A stretch of 56,526 bases of DNA, from positions 1 through 56,526 of the IMG/VR virus record IMGVR_UViG_3300036785_000842, one strand, 5' to 3'. Below the pieces are notes generated by a model, which saw nothing but the letters and a program-made list of their open reading frames with translations, was not told the origin of the DNA and searched no databases. Shown one piece after another: positions 17,376 through 25,673 of the stretch; positions within the stretch are counted from its first letter, which is position 1; each line of letters opens with the position of its first letter. The DNA is from a virus (taxonomy: Duplodnaviria > Caudoviricetes). The translations under genes were made by a program, and so were the position numbers.

Positions 17376-17663
17376 AAACAGAGGACTCGCGGATGACCAT
17401 CGAGGCGATCTATCGGCTGGCGCGCAACGGTCGCGGCTCCTCATGGGACAGCATCCAAGCCTTTCCCCCGCAAGATCAATTGGTTAGGCAAGTTGCAATC
17501 AAGATCAATCAAGATTTTTCCCGCGTTCGCGCAAAAACTCGTTATCAACCAATCGATTAACCCATTCACGGCCGAGAATTCGACGGGGTATGAACAAATT
17601 GCCGTCCGGTTTCGGCGGGTTTTGTTAATTTTCCTGTGTTTCCGAGGAAACGCCCTTGAGGTA

Positions 17664-18434
17664 TCAATCGGTTAACTCGGAATATTTTCTCACACCAGCA
17701 AGGTTCGGACGCAGGCTGATCGTATGATCGCGCCAGCTGCCGACCCGATACGCCCGGCGCAGCCCCTCGAGCTCGAGGCGGTAGTCGCGGTAGAACCGGC
17801 TGCGGTTCCTGCGGGTGCGCGGGTGAGGCACCAGGATCCCGTCGAGCGACAGGATGCGCGCCTTTTCGGCGCGCCAACCAATCTCGTGCTCGAACATGTC
17901 GCCCCACAACGCGACGGCACCCCATATCGGCCGCCAGCCGTCACGGACCCGCCTTTTCGCACTCTTTATCGCGTCCTCGGCCGCGGCGCACGCCTTGTCA
18001 AACGCCGCGTCGCGCTCCTTGAAGGCCCACAGGCCAGCATAGTCGCGGACCCCCGGCTTGCCCTCCATTATGCAGCCGCCCGGCTCCCACCACACATCGA
18101 CGGCAAAGCTGTGCAGCCGATAGTGCCGATAACGGTACCACCAGATGCGCCAGCCAATGCGCTCACCAATCACGATCTCGGGCGTTACAAGACGCCGTTG
18201 CGCGGCCTTGCGTTCCGCTTGTTCGCGCTTCCACGCCTCCATCAGGGCGCGCTCCCGCGCCTCTTCCGCCTCGCGGCGCGCCTGCAGCCGCTGCAGCGCC
18301 AGCCGTTGCTCCTCGGCAATCGCCTCGGCCATCTGATCGGCATAACGCCGCACCAATTCCGCCTCGGTAGAGCCCGCCGCGGTCAAACCCACGACGCCAC
18401 GCTGCAACGCCTCGATACGGATGACGCGCAACAT
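17664..18434 (-). CDS. hypothetical protein (coiled coil + GWRxW...LWGxxxEHxxGxRA domain)
   Basis: IGWRIW...LHS....WEP...GLWAF...GAVALWGDMFEHEIGWRAEKARI. Confidence 0.7.
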   Translation of the reverse strand: MLRVIRIEALQRGVVGLTAAGSTEAELVRRYADQMAEAIAEEQRLALQRLQARREAEEARERALMEAWKREQAERKAAQRRLVTPEIVIGERIGWRIWWYRYRHYRLHSFAVDVWWEPGGCIMEGKPGVRDYAGLWAFKERDAAFDKACAAAEDAIKSAKRRVRDGWRPIWGAVALWGDMFEHEIGWRAEKARILSLDGILVPHPRTRRNRSRFYRDYRLELEGLRRAYRVGSWRDHTISLRPNLAGVRKYSELTD

Positions 18435-18451
18435 CAGGAACGCGTGACTGA

Positions 18452-18631
18452 TCAGGCCGGTACCAGCTCCCGCTTGCGCCGTGAAGGCGCCTTGCTCGGC
18501 GAGCTGGGCGAGGGCGAGGGCGCGCTCTTCCGGCGTGCCGGCGCGGCCGGGATAGACGGCTCCCCAGTCGGGCAGACCACTTCCCGCAAGGGGATTACGG
18601 TAAGGCGGCGCAACGGGGCACCGATCTCCAT
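18452..18631 (-). CDS. small peptide (MEIGAPLRRLTVIPL...)
   Basis: Strong SD GGAGG; directly upstream of the 17664 gene. Confidence 0.6.
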   Translation of the reverse strand: MEIGAPLRRLTVIPLREVVCPTGEPSIPAAPARRKSAPSPSPSSPSKAPSRRKRELVPA

Positions 18632-18729
18632 CGGAGAAACCTCCACAACAAGCAAGACAGAAAAGCCCGGTCAGCGGGCAGAGCATCGTCACAAAGGCAA
18701 TCTTAGTCGGCTTCCCGGCTCCCGAAATC

Positions 18730-18763
18730 AAAAAAACCAGGGGCCGCGCGAAGCGGCCCCCTG
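18730..18763 (-). terminator. intrinsic terminator
   Basis: GC stem GGGGCCGC/GCGGCCCC with a TTCG-containing loop, then a T7 run, after the Pro-rich gene. Confidence 0.75.
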
Positions 18764-18778
18764 AGGTGGAAGGTTCGG

Positions 18779-19369
18779 TTAGCTGCGGCGCGTCGGTGCC
18801 GGCTGGCCGCCTGGATCGATCGGGTGCGCCGGCCCGCCGCCCGGTGCGACCGGATGGGTTGGGACGCCCGGCACCGTCGACGGCGGAATGACGACCGGAT
18901 GCTCTGGTTTCAGGCTGGTGTCGATGGTGGTCCAGCGATAACCGACGCCAACCACCCAAATAAAACAGGTAATGATCCCGGTAACGCTCGGCGGCAGCGG
19001 CGGCCACACACTCCCCGGCGGCAGCTCAGGCGTTTCCCCCTCCGGCGGCAGATAGATCGGAAACGAGGGAAACACGGGAATGTTGACGACCGGGGGAACC
19101 GGTTGTGGCGGCTGCGGCCACACCGTCGGCGGCACCGGCAAGCCGTAGTCCGGGTCGACCGGATAGGTCGGCGGGCTTCCGGGTTGAGGCGGCCAGACTG
19201 TAGGTGGGATCGGATGCGAGACGACCGGGGGAAGCGGCACCCCGTACCCCGGATCGACCGGCCCTTCGATACCCCAGGGCGGGGTCGTTCCACCGGGCGC
19301 GACCGGGTGAGCAGGGCGCCCCGGACTGGCGATGACCTTCTCCTCGAGATAGCCTTCAACAAGCGGCAT
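18779..19369 (-). CDS. proline-rich protein (PxHPI / VDPxYG repeats)
   Basis: SD GGAG; repeats plus WVVGVGYRW motif. Confidence 0.75.
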   Translation of the reverse strand: MPLVEGYLEEKVIASPGRPAHPVAPGGTTPPWGIEGPVDPGYGVPLPPVVSHPIPPTVWPPQPGSPPTYPVDPDYGLPVPPTVWPQPPQPVPPVVNIPVFPSFPIYLPPEGETPELPPGSVWPPLPPSVTGIITCFIWVVGVGYRWTTIDTSLKPEHPVVIPPSTVPGVPTHPVAPGGGPAHPIDPGGQPAPTRRS

Positions 19370-19540
19370 TGATTTGCTCCAATTTGAAAAAAGCGCGTGA
19401 CCCCACGCGCCAGGATTAGATCGAGCCCCAACCCGGCGCCGACGGGGGTCCACCGGCGCACACCCAACCCTCTGCGGCAGTGGGGCCCCGCTGCCGCATA
19501 CTCGATAGACTGATCGCAATCCCCGTCCAGGCGGCCAAAA

Positions 19541-19661
19541 GTGTAAAGTTTGCCAGATTCCGGTGTCGGCCGATCTTACGATATTCCTGGTTTGTCCCAG
19601 CTATGCTCCGAGCGTGAAATCATAAAAATCAAGAGCTTGCCACTTTGGCTCGATCTTTGCA
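19541..19661 (+). promoter_or_regulatory. sigma54 promoter with IHF site and upstream activator sites
   Basis: TTGGCTCGATCTTTGCA with exact GG-N10-GC (19647-19660); IHF consensus AATCAAGAGCTTG (19627-19639); TGTAAAGTTTGCCAGA and inverted CGTAAGATCGGCCGACA about 100 bp upstream. Confidence 0.75.
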
Positions 19662-19705
19662 TTCGTGTTAAATCGGGCAACAACGCCCGCAGAAGGGAGT
19701 TTCAC

Positions 19706-20392
19706 ATGCACAAGCAATTGCTCGTCGGCGCCGCCCTTCGGAGCTTTATTAGCGCAGCAGGGGCGCTCGGCATGCTCGCCAGCTCGGCCAACGCCACCCT
19801 GACATTATCGGTCACCGACAACGGCACCGCCATTGCGGGGTGCGCAACGACCACCGCCTCGCCTCTGTCGATTACCTGCAGCAACGCCAACTTCAGCGCG
19901 ATCCAAGTCAGCGCGCAAGGCACGCCCACCGTGCCCTCGCCCGATCTCGGAACGATCACGATCAGCGCCACCGCCGGGGCGCTCAGCGCGACCCACATCT
20001 TGGACGCCATGCTGACCCAGACCGGGCTCAGCAATTTCCCCGGCGGCGCAAGCTCGACCACCTTTACGGAAAACTCGCTCATCGGCCTGCCCGGCCCGAC
20101 GATGTTCAACATGCTGTTCAACGGCGCGTCCATCGCCAGCGCGACATTGCCGGTTAGCGCCGCTCCGCAGACCGCGGGGCCGTTTCTCGTGAACCTCGCC
20201 GCAGTACCAGGATCGTTCACCGACGAACAGACGATCTCCGTAGACTTCGGGCCGTCGATCGCGACGCAACAGTCTGAAGCGGGCGCCCAGTTCCAAGCGG
20301 TTAGCGCGCCCGAGCCGGCCTCGCTGGCCATGCTCGGCAGCGCTCTGATCGGCATGGGTTTCGCCGCCTACCGCCGCCGCCGGCGCTCCTAA
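19706..20392 (+). CDS. PEP-CTERM sorting-domain exported protein
   Basis: Signal peptide ending SANA; Ser/Thr-rich body; C-terminal APEPASLAMLGSALIGMGFAAYRRRRRS. Confidence 0.92.
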   Translation: MHKQLLVGAALRSFISAAGALGMLASSANATLTLSVTDNGTAIAGCATTTASPLSITCSNANFSAIQVSAQGTPTVPSPDLGTITISATAGALSATHILDAMLTQTGLSNFPGGASSTTFTENSLIGLPGPTMFNMLFNGASIASATLPVSAAPQTAGPFLVNLAAVPGSFTDEQTISVDFGPSIATQQSEAGAQFQAVSAPEPASLAMLGSALIGMGFAAYRRRRRS

Positions 20393-20399
20393 AGTCCTC

Positions 20400-21005
20400 C
20401 TACCAAGACGCCAGCTGGCTCGCCGCCTGGTACAGCAGCCGCGAGGCTCCGGCCTCGGCCTCGGCCGAGGCCGGTTCGCGCCAGGCGATCAAGAGACCGC
20501 CGACCAGCGCGTCGAGCACCGGCGGCACCGCGACATAGCACCGCCGCTTGAGCCCGAGCAAGCCGAGCTCCTGATCCTCGACGCCGTCGCGCGCATCGAT
20601 ATCGCGGCACGCCACCTTGCCCTCGATCAGCTCGACGATGGCGACCGGATCGCGCATCGGGGAAAAGAACGGCCGCGGGTTCTTGGGCGGCCGCCAACTC
20701 GGATCGCCGCGCCTAAACCCGTCGATATTCTTGACCAGATTATTGCGCAGCGAGACCTCGCCCAGGATGACGACCTCAGCACCGGTCTCGTCGAGCAGAT
20801 GGCTGCCGATCTTGGGAAAGCGGCCCGGATCGAGCCGCGCGGTCACCCAGGTTTTGAGGATCGCCTCGGCGAGCTCGACGCGCCGCTCGTAGAGCGTCAG
20901 GCCAACGACTGCAGCCAGCGCCAGGATCACAACCGCGGCGATCTTCCATGGCCGATCGACAAAGGCGAGGATCCGGTCGAGGATCGTCAGCGGGGACGCC
21001 GTCAG
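20400..21005 (-). CDS. membrane-anchored protein with GAF-like periplasmic part (T4-T-type holin candidate)
   Basis: DRPWKIAAVVILALAAVVGLTLYE TM segment; C-terminal C.VAVPP....VGGLLIAW. Start uncertain (CTG at 21005 overlapping the upstream TGA, or GTG at 20930). Confidence 0.5.
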   Translation of the reverse strand: MTASPLTILDRILAFVDRPWKIAAVVILALAAVVGLTLYERRVELAEAILKTWVTARLDPGRFPKIGSHLLDETGAEVVILGEVSLRNNLVKNIDGFRRGDPSWRPPKNPRPFFSPMRDPVAIVELIEGKVACRDIDARDGVEDQELGLLGLKRRCYVAVPPVLDALVGGLLIAWREPASAEAEAGASRLLYQAASQLASW

Positions 21006-21313
21006 GACCGGCCCGGCCGCAACGGCTCGCGCGCGTCCTCGGGCTCGGGCCGGCGCGGCAGCACCAGCGGCTCGTCATCCGGCGTGTCGACCTCGGCACC
21101 GCGCAGCGCCGGCGGCCCCGGCGGCCGCAGCGGACGGTCCTCGGGGATCTCCTCAGGCGTCCCGGCTGCCGGGTCCGACCGATCCCAAAAAGCGCGGTCA
21201 ACCCCCTCGTCCTCGTGTGGCGCATGTTCCGCCTCGCGCCGTTCCTCCTCGTTCGCCTCGTCGCTCCGGTCATGCGCAGGCGGGTGGTGTGACCGGCTCG
21301 TGCTTTTGGCCAT
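21002..21313 (-). CDS. low-complexity acidic/Pro-rich protein
   Basis: SD GAGGAGAAGG; ORF in operon. Confidence 0.55.
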   Translation of the reverse strand: MAKSTSRSHHPPAHDRSDEANEEERREAEHAPHEDEGVDRAFWDRSDPAAGTPEEIPEDRPLRPPGPPALRGAEVDTPDDEPLVLPRRPEPEDAREPLRPGRS

Positions 21314-21346
21314 GCGTTCCTTCTCCTCAGCTTGTCGGTGATTTAC

Positions 21347-22234
21347 TCAGGGCAGATAAAGCATGCGGCCGGAACCGCCCGGACCGGTCCCAGCCGCGCC
21401 GATCTGCACGACCGAGCCGCCCAAGTTCAAAGTGTGGTTGAGCGTGAAGTTGCCGCTCGCGTCGAAATAGGCCCAGGCCGTTACCGGGGTGCCGTCGCCA
21501 TTCATCTGGCCTATATTGAGACCGCCCGGGCCGACCCAGAAACCGGACGCGGCCGGCGCGGTGGTGTTGTACATCGTCACGCTGGGGGCATTGTCTCCCT
21601 GACAGATCAGCCGGTTGTCGGTGCAGGTGATAAAGGGGGCGGTCAATGTGCCGCCGACCGCCAAATTTCCGGACAGATTGCTGTTGCCGTTGACCGTCAG
21701 CCCGGCGATCGTCGCTCCGCCATTCAGCGCCGCAGCACCGGTGACGGTCAGGGGCCCGCTGGCGCCGAGGCTGGTGGCATTGATGCCGCCGTTGGCATTG
21801 ATGGCGCCGGTGACGGTCAGGGCCCCGCTGACGCCGATGCTGGTGGCGCTGATGCTGGTGGCGCTGATGCCGCCGTTGACGGTCAGCACGTCCGCCGTGA
21901 GGCCGCCGGTGACGGTCGCCCCGCCATTCAACGCCGCAGCACCAGTGACGGTCAGGCTGCCGCTGATCGTGCCGTTCCCGGTCGCCGGCACGACCTGGTC
22001 GAACCGCGCGTAGTCGGTCGGGCTCGACGCCTGGGCGACGCTGAGATGCTTGAAGCCGGCCATCGGCAGATCGCCGATCGGCGCATTCTGCCCGTCGCGC
22101 GTCAGCGTGTTGTTGATGCCGCCCACAATGTCGTTGGTGTCGCTGTCCATGCGGTCGGCGAGAATGTCGTAACCGGCATTGGCGTCGGCGGTCCACGAAA
22201 ACAGCCGGCGAAAGGTGCCGTTTTGCCAGCCCAT
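21347..22234 (-). CDS. tail fibre/spike-like protein
   Basis: N-terminal W.ADANAG.DI.ADRMD...GINNTLTRDGQ...DLPMAGFKH head-binding-like region; LTVTGAAALNGG repeats. Confidence 0.7.
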   Translation of the reverse strand: MGWQNGTFRRLFSWTADANAGYDILADRMDSDTNDIVGGINNTLTRDGQNAPIGDLPMAGFKHLSVAQASSPTDYARFDQVVPATGNGTISGSLTVTGAAALNGGATVTGGLTADVLTVNGGISATSISATSIGVSGALTVTGAINANGGINATSLGASGPLTVTGAAALNGGATIAGLTVNGNSNLSGNLAVGGTLTAPFITCTDNRLICQGDNAPSVTMYNTTAPAASGFWVGPGGLNIGQMNGDGTPVTAWAYFDASGNFTLNHTLNLGGSVVQIGAAGTGPGGSGRMLYLP

Positions 22235-22310
22235 GCGGCGAGGCTCCCTCTTGACATTTCGGACCATCCGCCCGACTTGTCGGGTGGATGATTACCCCAG
22301 GAACCACCAG

Positions 22311-22496
22311 ATGAAGACCGCGCATCTCGACGTGCGCGTCGAGCCGGCGCTGATCGACAAGATCGACAGCTGGCGCAACCTGCAGCCGGTGCCCCCGTCA
22401 CGCGCCTCGGCGATCTGCCACATGCTGGAGGACTGGCTCAAAGAGCACGGCGCCGCCCGGCAAGAACCGCGGCCGCTGGCGCCGAGCCGGCGATGA
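22311..22496 (+). CDS. ribbon-helix-helix (Arc/CopG-like) regulator
   Basis: LDVRVEPALIDKIDSWR..QP.PPSRASAI. Confidence 0.75.
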   Translation: MKTAHLDVRVEPALIDKIDSWRNLQPVPPSRASAICHMLEDWLKEHGAARQEPRPLAPSRR

Positions 22497-22585
22497 CCCT
22501 GCTCCGCCGAGGCTTCGCAGGGTTCACGCCCCATCCTTCGAAGCTTCCGCCCATGCTTCGCTAAAGCTACGCAGGGCGCAGTAGG

Positions 22586-22834
22586 ATGAGCGAAGCCCGT
22601 ACCGAGGCGCGCCTCGACCGCCTCGAGGAGGATGTCCGCGAGATCAAGAGGACGCTCGGGCGGCTCGAGCCGCTGATCATCCGCATCGATGAGCGGCTGC
22701 AAACCGAATTGCCGCATCTGGCGACCAAGGCCGAACTCGCCGAGAAACCGAGCCGCGCCTACCTGTGGGGCGTGATGGCGGCGATGGTCGGGGCCCAAGC
22801 GGTCGCTCTGGCGGCTGCCGGCCTGCTCAAATGA
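22586..22834 (+). CDS. coiled-coil protein with C-terminal TM (XhlA/DUF1640-like)
   Basis: EARLDRLEEDVREIK...LATKAEL...WGVMAAMVG. Confidence 0.65.
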   Translation: MSEARTEARLDRLEEDVREIKRTLGRLEPLIIRIDERLQTELPHLATKAELAEKPSRAYLWGVMAAMVGAQAVALAAAGLLK

Positions 22835-22846
22835 GCGAATTGCACG

Positions 22847-23063
22847 ATGTCTAAGACCGTGAAACCCCTCACTCCCTGGGACTGCTACCCGAACTGCCCG
22901 GATTGCGGCGCCAATATCTGGCAATTGGGACCTCGCGGCGGCGCCTCGACCAAACACCGAATGCACCGCCTGCAATCACAAGTTCAACATGGCCTTGGGC
23001 GGCGTGCTGATCGAGCGCATTGGCGATCCCGAGCCTCCGCGCGCGGATGTGTTCCTCAAATAG
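22847..23063 (+). pseudogene. frameshifted zinc-ribbon gene
   Basis: CPDCGANIWQLGPRGGAST, then the +1 frame continues NTECTACNHKFNM...FLK*; shift at AAA 22952-22954. Confidence 0.65.
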
Positions 23064-23074
23064 GAGATCACCTG

Positions 23075-23344
23075 ATGTTTCACCTGGGTTTATTCGCCGG
23101 CATCGCGTTCTTGGTCGCGGTGGCGGGGTTGTTCGCTAACGGCCGCCCCGGTGGCGCCTTTGCGCTGCTCGGCGCGGGTGGCCTGCTCTTCACCCCGGCC
23201 GGCTGGTTCCTGGTGGGGGGCTGGTTGATTGCCACTGCGCCAGCGGAGCCGCCGCTGCCGCCACTGCCGCACCGGGCTCTGAGCGAACAGGAATTCCTGT
23301 GCTGGCCCGCTACCCCGCCCTGCGCAGCGCAAGCGAACCGCTGA
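23075..23344 (+). CDS. membrane protein (superinfection-exclusion candidate)
   Basis: SD AGGAG; hydrophobic N-terminal half; convergent with the last ejection gene. Confidence 0.6.
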   Translation: MFHLGLFAGIAFLVAVAGLFANGRPGGAFALLGAGGLLFTPAGWFLVGGWLIATAPAEPPLPPLPHRALSEQEFLCWPATPPCAAQANR

Positions 23345-23348
23345 ATCC

Positions 23349-25664
23349 CTAATACCCGCCGACCGCGCCGTAAACCCCCGGCAGCGCCATGTAGGAGCGC
23401 AGCGGCGAGGCCGGACCGCCCGGCGCAGCCGGCGGCGATCCGAGGCGCATCAGTCGCGCCGCCTCGCGTGGATCCGTCAGCCCGCCCGCGATCTTCCCCA
23501 GCACGGCCTCGCGGGCCCGATCATAGGGCAGGATCGACGACACCAGCCCCCTGCCGATGGCGCCCCCCCCGGGGCCCGAACCAATCAGCGCTCCCCATCC
23601 CGGCTCGCCGAATACGTGGCCGATCGCGCCACCAATACCGGCACCGGCAGCTGCCGGCGCCGCTTCCATGGCGCCCCGCGCGATCGGCCCGACACCGAGG
23701 CCTTGCAGATAGCGCTCGGTCGTCAGATTGCGAAACGTGTCGGAGCCGCCTGGTGTCCCGCCCCGCGCGGTGCTCTGCATCATGTTGGCGGCATCGACGA
23801 TGTCGTTGATCGCCTGGCGATGGGTGTCGTCGAACAGCGAACTGTTGATCAGCGGCAGGTTCCCACCGCCTGAAGGCGAGCCATCGCGAAAGCGGCGCAA
23901 CTGATTGCCGTTGAGGAGCTGGTTGCCCTGCAGGTCCTGGCCTGCGCTAGCACCGGCGGCCTGCATCTTACCGGAAACCCAGTCGCGCGCTGCCTGCAGG
24001 GTGGTCGGATCGTTCTGCGCCGCGGCGACAAACTGTTTCGCCCGCTCGGCCTGCCCGGCACCGGGCCCGAGCAACCGGTCGAGGGCCGAGCTGCCATACG
24101 CGTCCGGCTGCAACACCTTCTTGATCGCCGGCGGGTCGTTATAGGTCTGCTTGTATTGCTGCCACTGCTGCTTGGCTTGCCGTAACGCATCGCCGATCGG
24201 CCCCTGCGCCGGGGTCAACAGGTCCTCGGGACCACCGCCTGGGAAGAGCGCGTCATGCAAACCATTCAGCACATTGGCGCGGTTGTAGTCGGGGTTTGCC
24301 CCGCTGCCGGCGGCGCGCGCCTCGGTCTTGAGCGCCGAGCTGAAATTCTGCAGCTCGGAGAGCGGCTCCTGATCGGCGTAACCCGACAGCAAATTCTGAT
24401 AGGTGTCCGGCAGAAAGCGCTGCCGGGCCGGGCCGAGCTGACCGGCATAATTGACATAGGCATCCATCAGCGGCGATGTCGGCACCATGGTCTGGTCGCT
24501 CGGCACCGCCTTAAAGGCGTCCGAGGCCGCTTTCTGTTGCGCCGCGCGGGTGGTCTCGAGCCGGGCGGCCACGTCTTGCGAGATGTCCGCGAGCGGCTTT
24601 GCCGGCGTGCCGATCCGGTCAAAATTGTCGAGGATCGCCTGGTTGTTGGCGCTGGCCTGCCGCTGTAGCGCGCCGCCGACCGCCAGATCGCGTTGACCCA
24701 TGGTGCGCTGGATCGCCTGCACCGGGAGCTCGCCAGTGATATCGCCGAGGGTCGGCTGCACTCCGGCCGGAGCGCCGGCGACCGCGTTCTCGATCTCGCC
24801 CGGCGTCATCGTCGTCGCCTCGCTCAGAGCCTTGCCAGCGACCTGTTCTTGACCGCTGCGGGTGAACGGCCGGACGAGCTGAGACGCCGAGCGCGCGGCC
24901 ACAGCGGTGGGAAGCCCGGTGGCAAGGTTGCCGCCGAATTCGGCCAGCTGCTGCACCAGCCGCGGCGCGCCGGTCTTCGCGGCGAGCTCGCGCGCTCCCT
25001 CGCCGCCGACCCCGGCGACGCCGGCGATTGCCGTACCACCAGCGGTTACCGGCGGCAGCATCGCATCGGCGATCGACGGCAACGCCGCACCACCGGCGCG
25101 CAGAGCGCCGCCGATCAGCCCCGGTCCGACGACGCTGCCGACCCCGGCGGCACCCTTGTAGAGCAGATTTTCGCCCAGACCCTCGGGTTGGGTCGGACTA
25201 AAGGTCCGCCGCAACATTTGCGACCCCAAAAACGGGTCCGTGATCAGCGGCCCCGGCGGCTGGGCGGCGCTGTCGGCGGTCGGCGGCTGAGCGGTGCCGT
25301 CGGCGGTCGGCGCCGGTGGCGCGAGGTGGCGCAATAGCGGTGAAAGCGGCGGCCCCATCGGAGCATCCCCGCGCACTGTCCCGTAGATCCGGTTGATCAC
25401 ATTGGTCGCCGCATCCACCGGCGCCCCGACAAGGGTCTCCCAGGGCAGGTTGAACCCCGAGGCAGCGACTTGGGCTTCGCGCCACAAGCGCGATCCGAGA
25501 CCGGGTGCCTCCGTACCCGGCGGCGCCGGCGCCTGCAGAAACTCCTGCTCGGACATCCCGGCTGGCGCCGCCGGCGCCGCCGTCGGCGCCGCACCCGGTG
25601 CCGCCGTCGGCGCCGCGCCCGGTGCCGCCGTCCCGTCGAGATTGAGAAATTCGTCCTCGGTCAT
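23349..25664 (-). CDS. internal virion / DNA ejection protein
   Basis: 771 aa, Ala/Gly/Gln-rich helical; last gene of the ejection cluster. Confidence 0.7.
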   Translation of the reverse strand: MTEDEFLNLDGTAAPGAAPTAAPGAAPTAAPAAPAGMSEQEFLQAPAPPGTEAPGLGSRLWREAQVAASGFNLPWETLVGAPVDAATNVINRIYGTVRGDAPMGPPLSPLLRHLAPPAPTADGTAQPPTADSAAQPPGPLITDPFLGSQMLRRTFSPTQPEGLGENLLYKGAAGVGSVVGPGLIGGALRAGGAALPSIADAMLPPVTAGGTAIAGVAGVGGEGARELAAKTGAPRLVQQLAEFGGNLATGLPTAVAARSASQLVRPFTRSGQEQVAGKALSEATTMTPGEIENAVAGAPAGVQPTLGDITGELPVQAIQRTMGQRDLAVGGALQRQASANNQAILDNFDRIGTPAKPLADISQDVAARLETTRAAQQKAASDAFKAVPSDQTMVPTSPLMDAYVNYAGQLGPARQRFLPDTYQNLLSGYADQEPLSELQNFSSALKTEARAAGSGANPDYNRANVLNGLHDALFPGGGPEDLLTPAQGPIGDALRQAKQQWQQYKQTYNDPPAIKKVLQPDAYGSSALDRLLGPGAGQAERAKQFVAAAQNDPTTLQAARDWVSGKMQAAGASAGQDLQGNQLLNGNQLRRFRDGSPSGGGNLPLINSSLFDDTHRQAINDIVDAANMMQSTARGGTPGGSDTFRNLTTERYLQGLGVGPIARGAMEAAPAAAGAGIGGAIGHVFGEPGWGALIGSGPGGGAIGRGLVSSILPYDRAREAVLGKIAGGLTDPREAARLMRLGSPPAAPGGPASPLRSYMALPGVYGAVGGY

Positions 25665-25673
25665 CGCTGGCGC

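Noticed and set aside
17060-17680. CtrA boxes near attP
   Set aside because: Only half-sites or wrong spacing relative to TTAA-N7-TTAA; CAAGATCAAT repeats at about 17470-17515 noted but unassigned.
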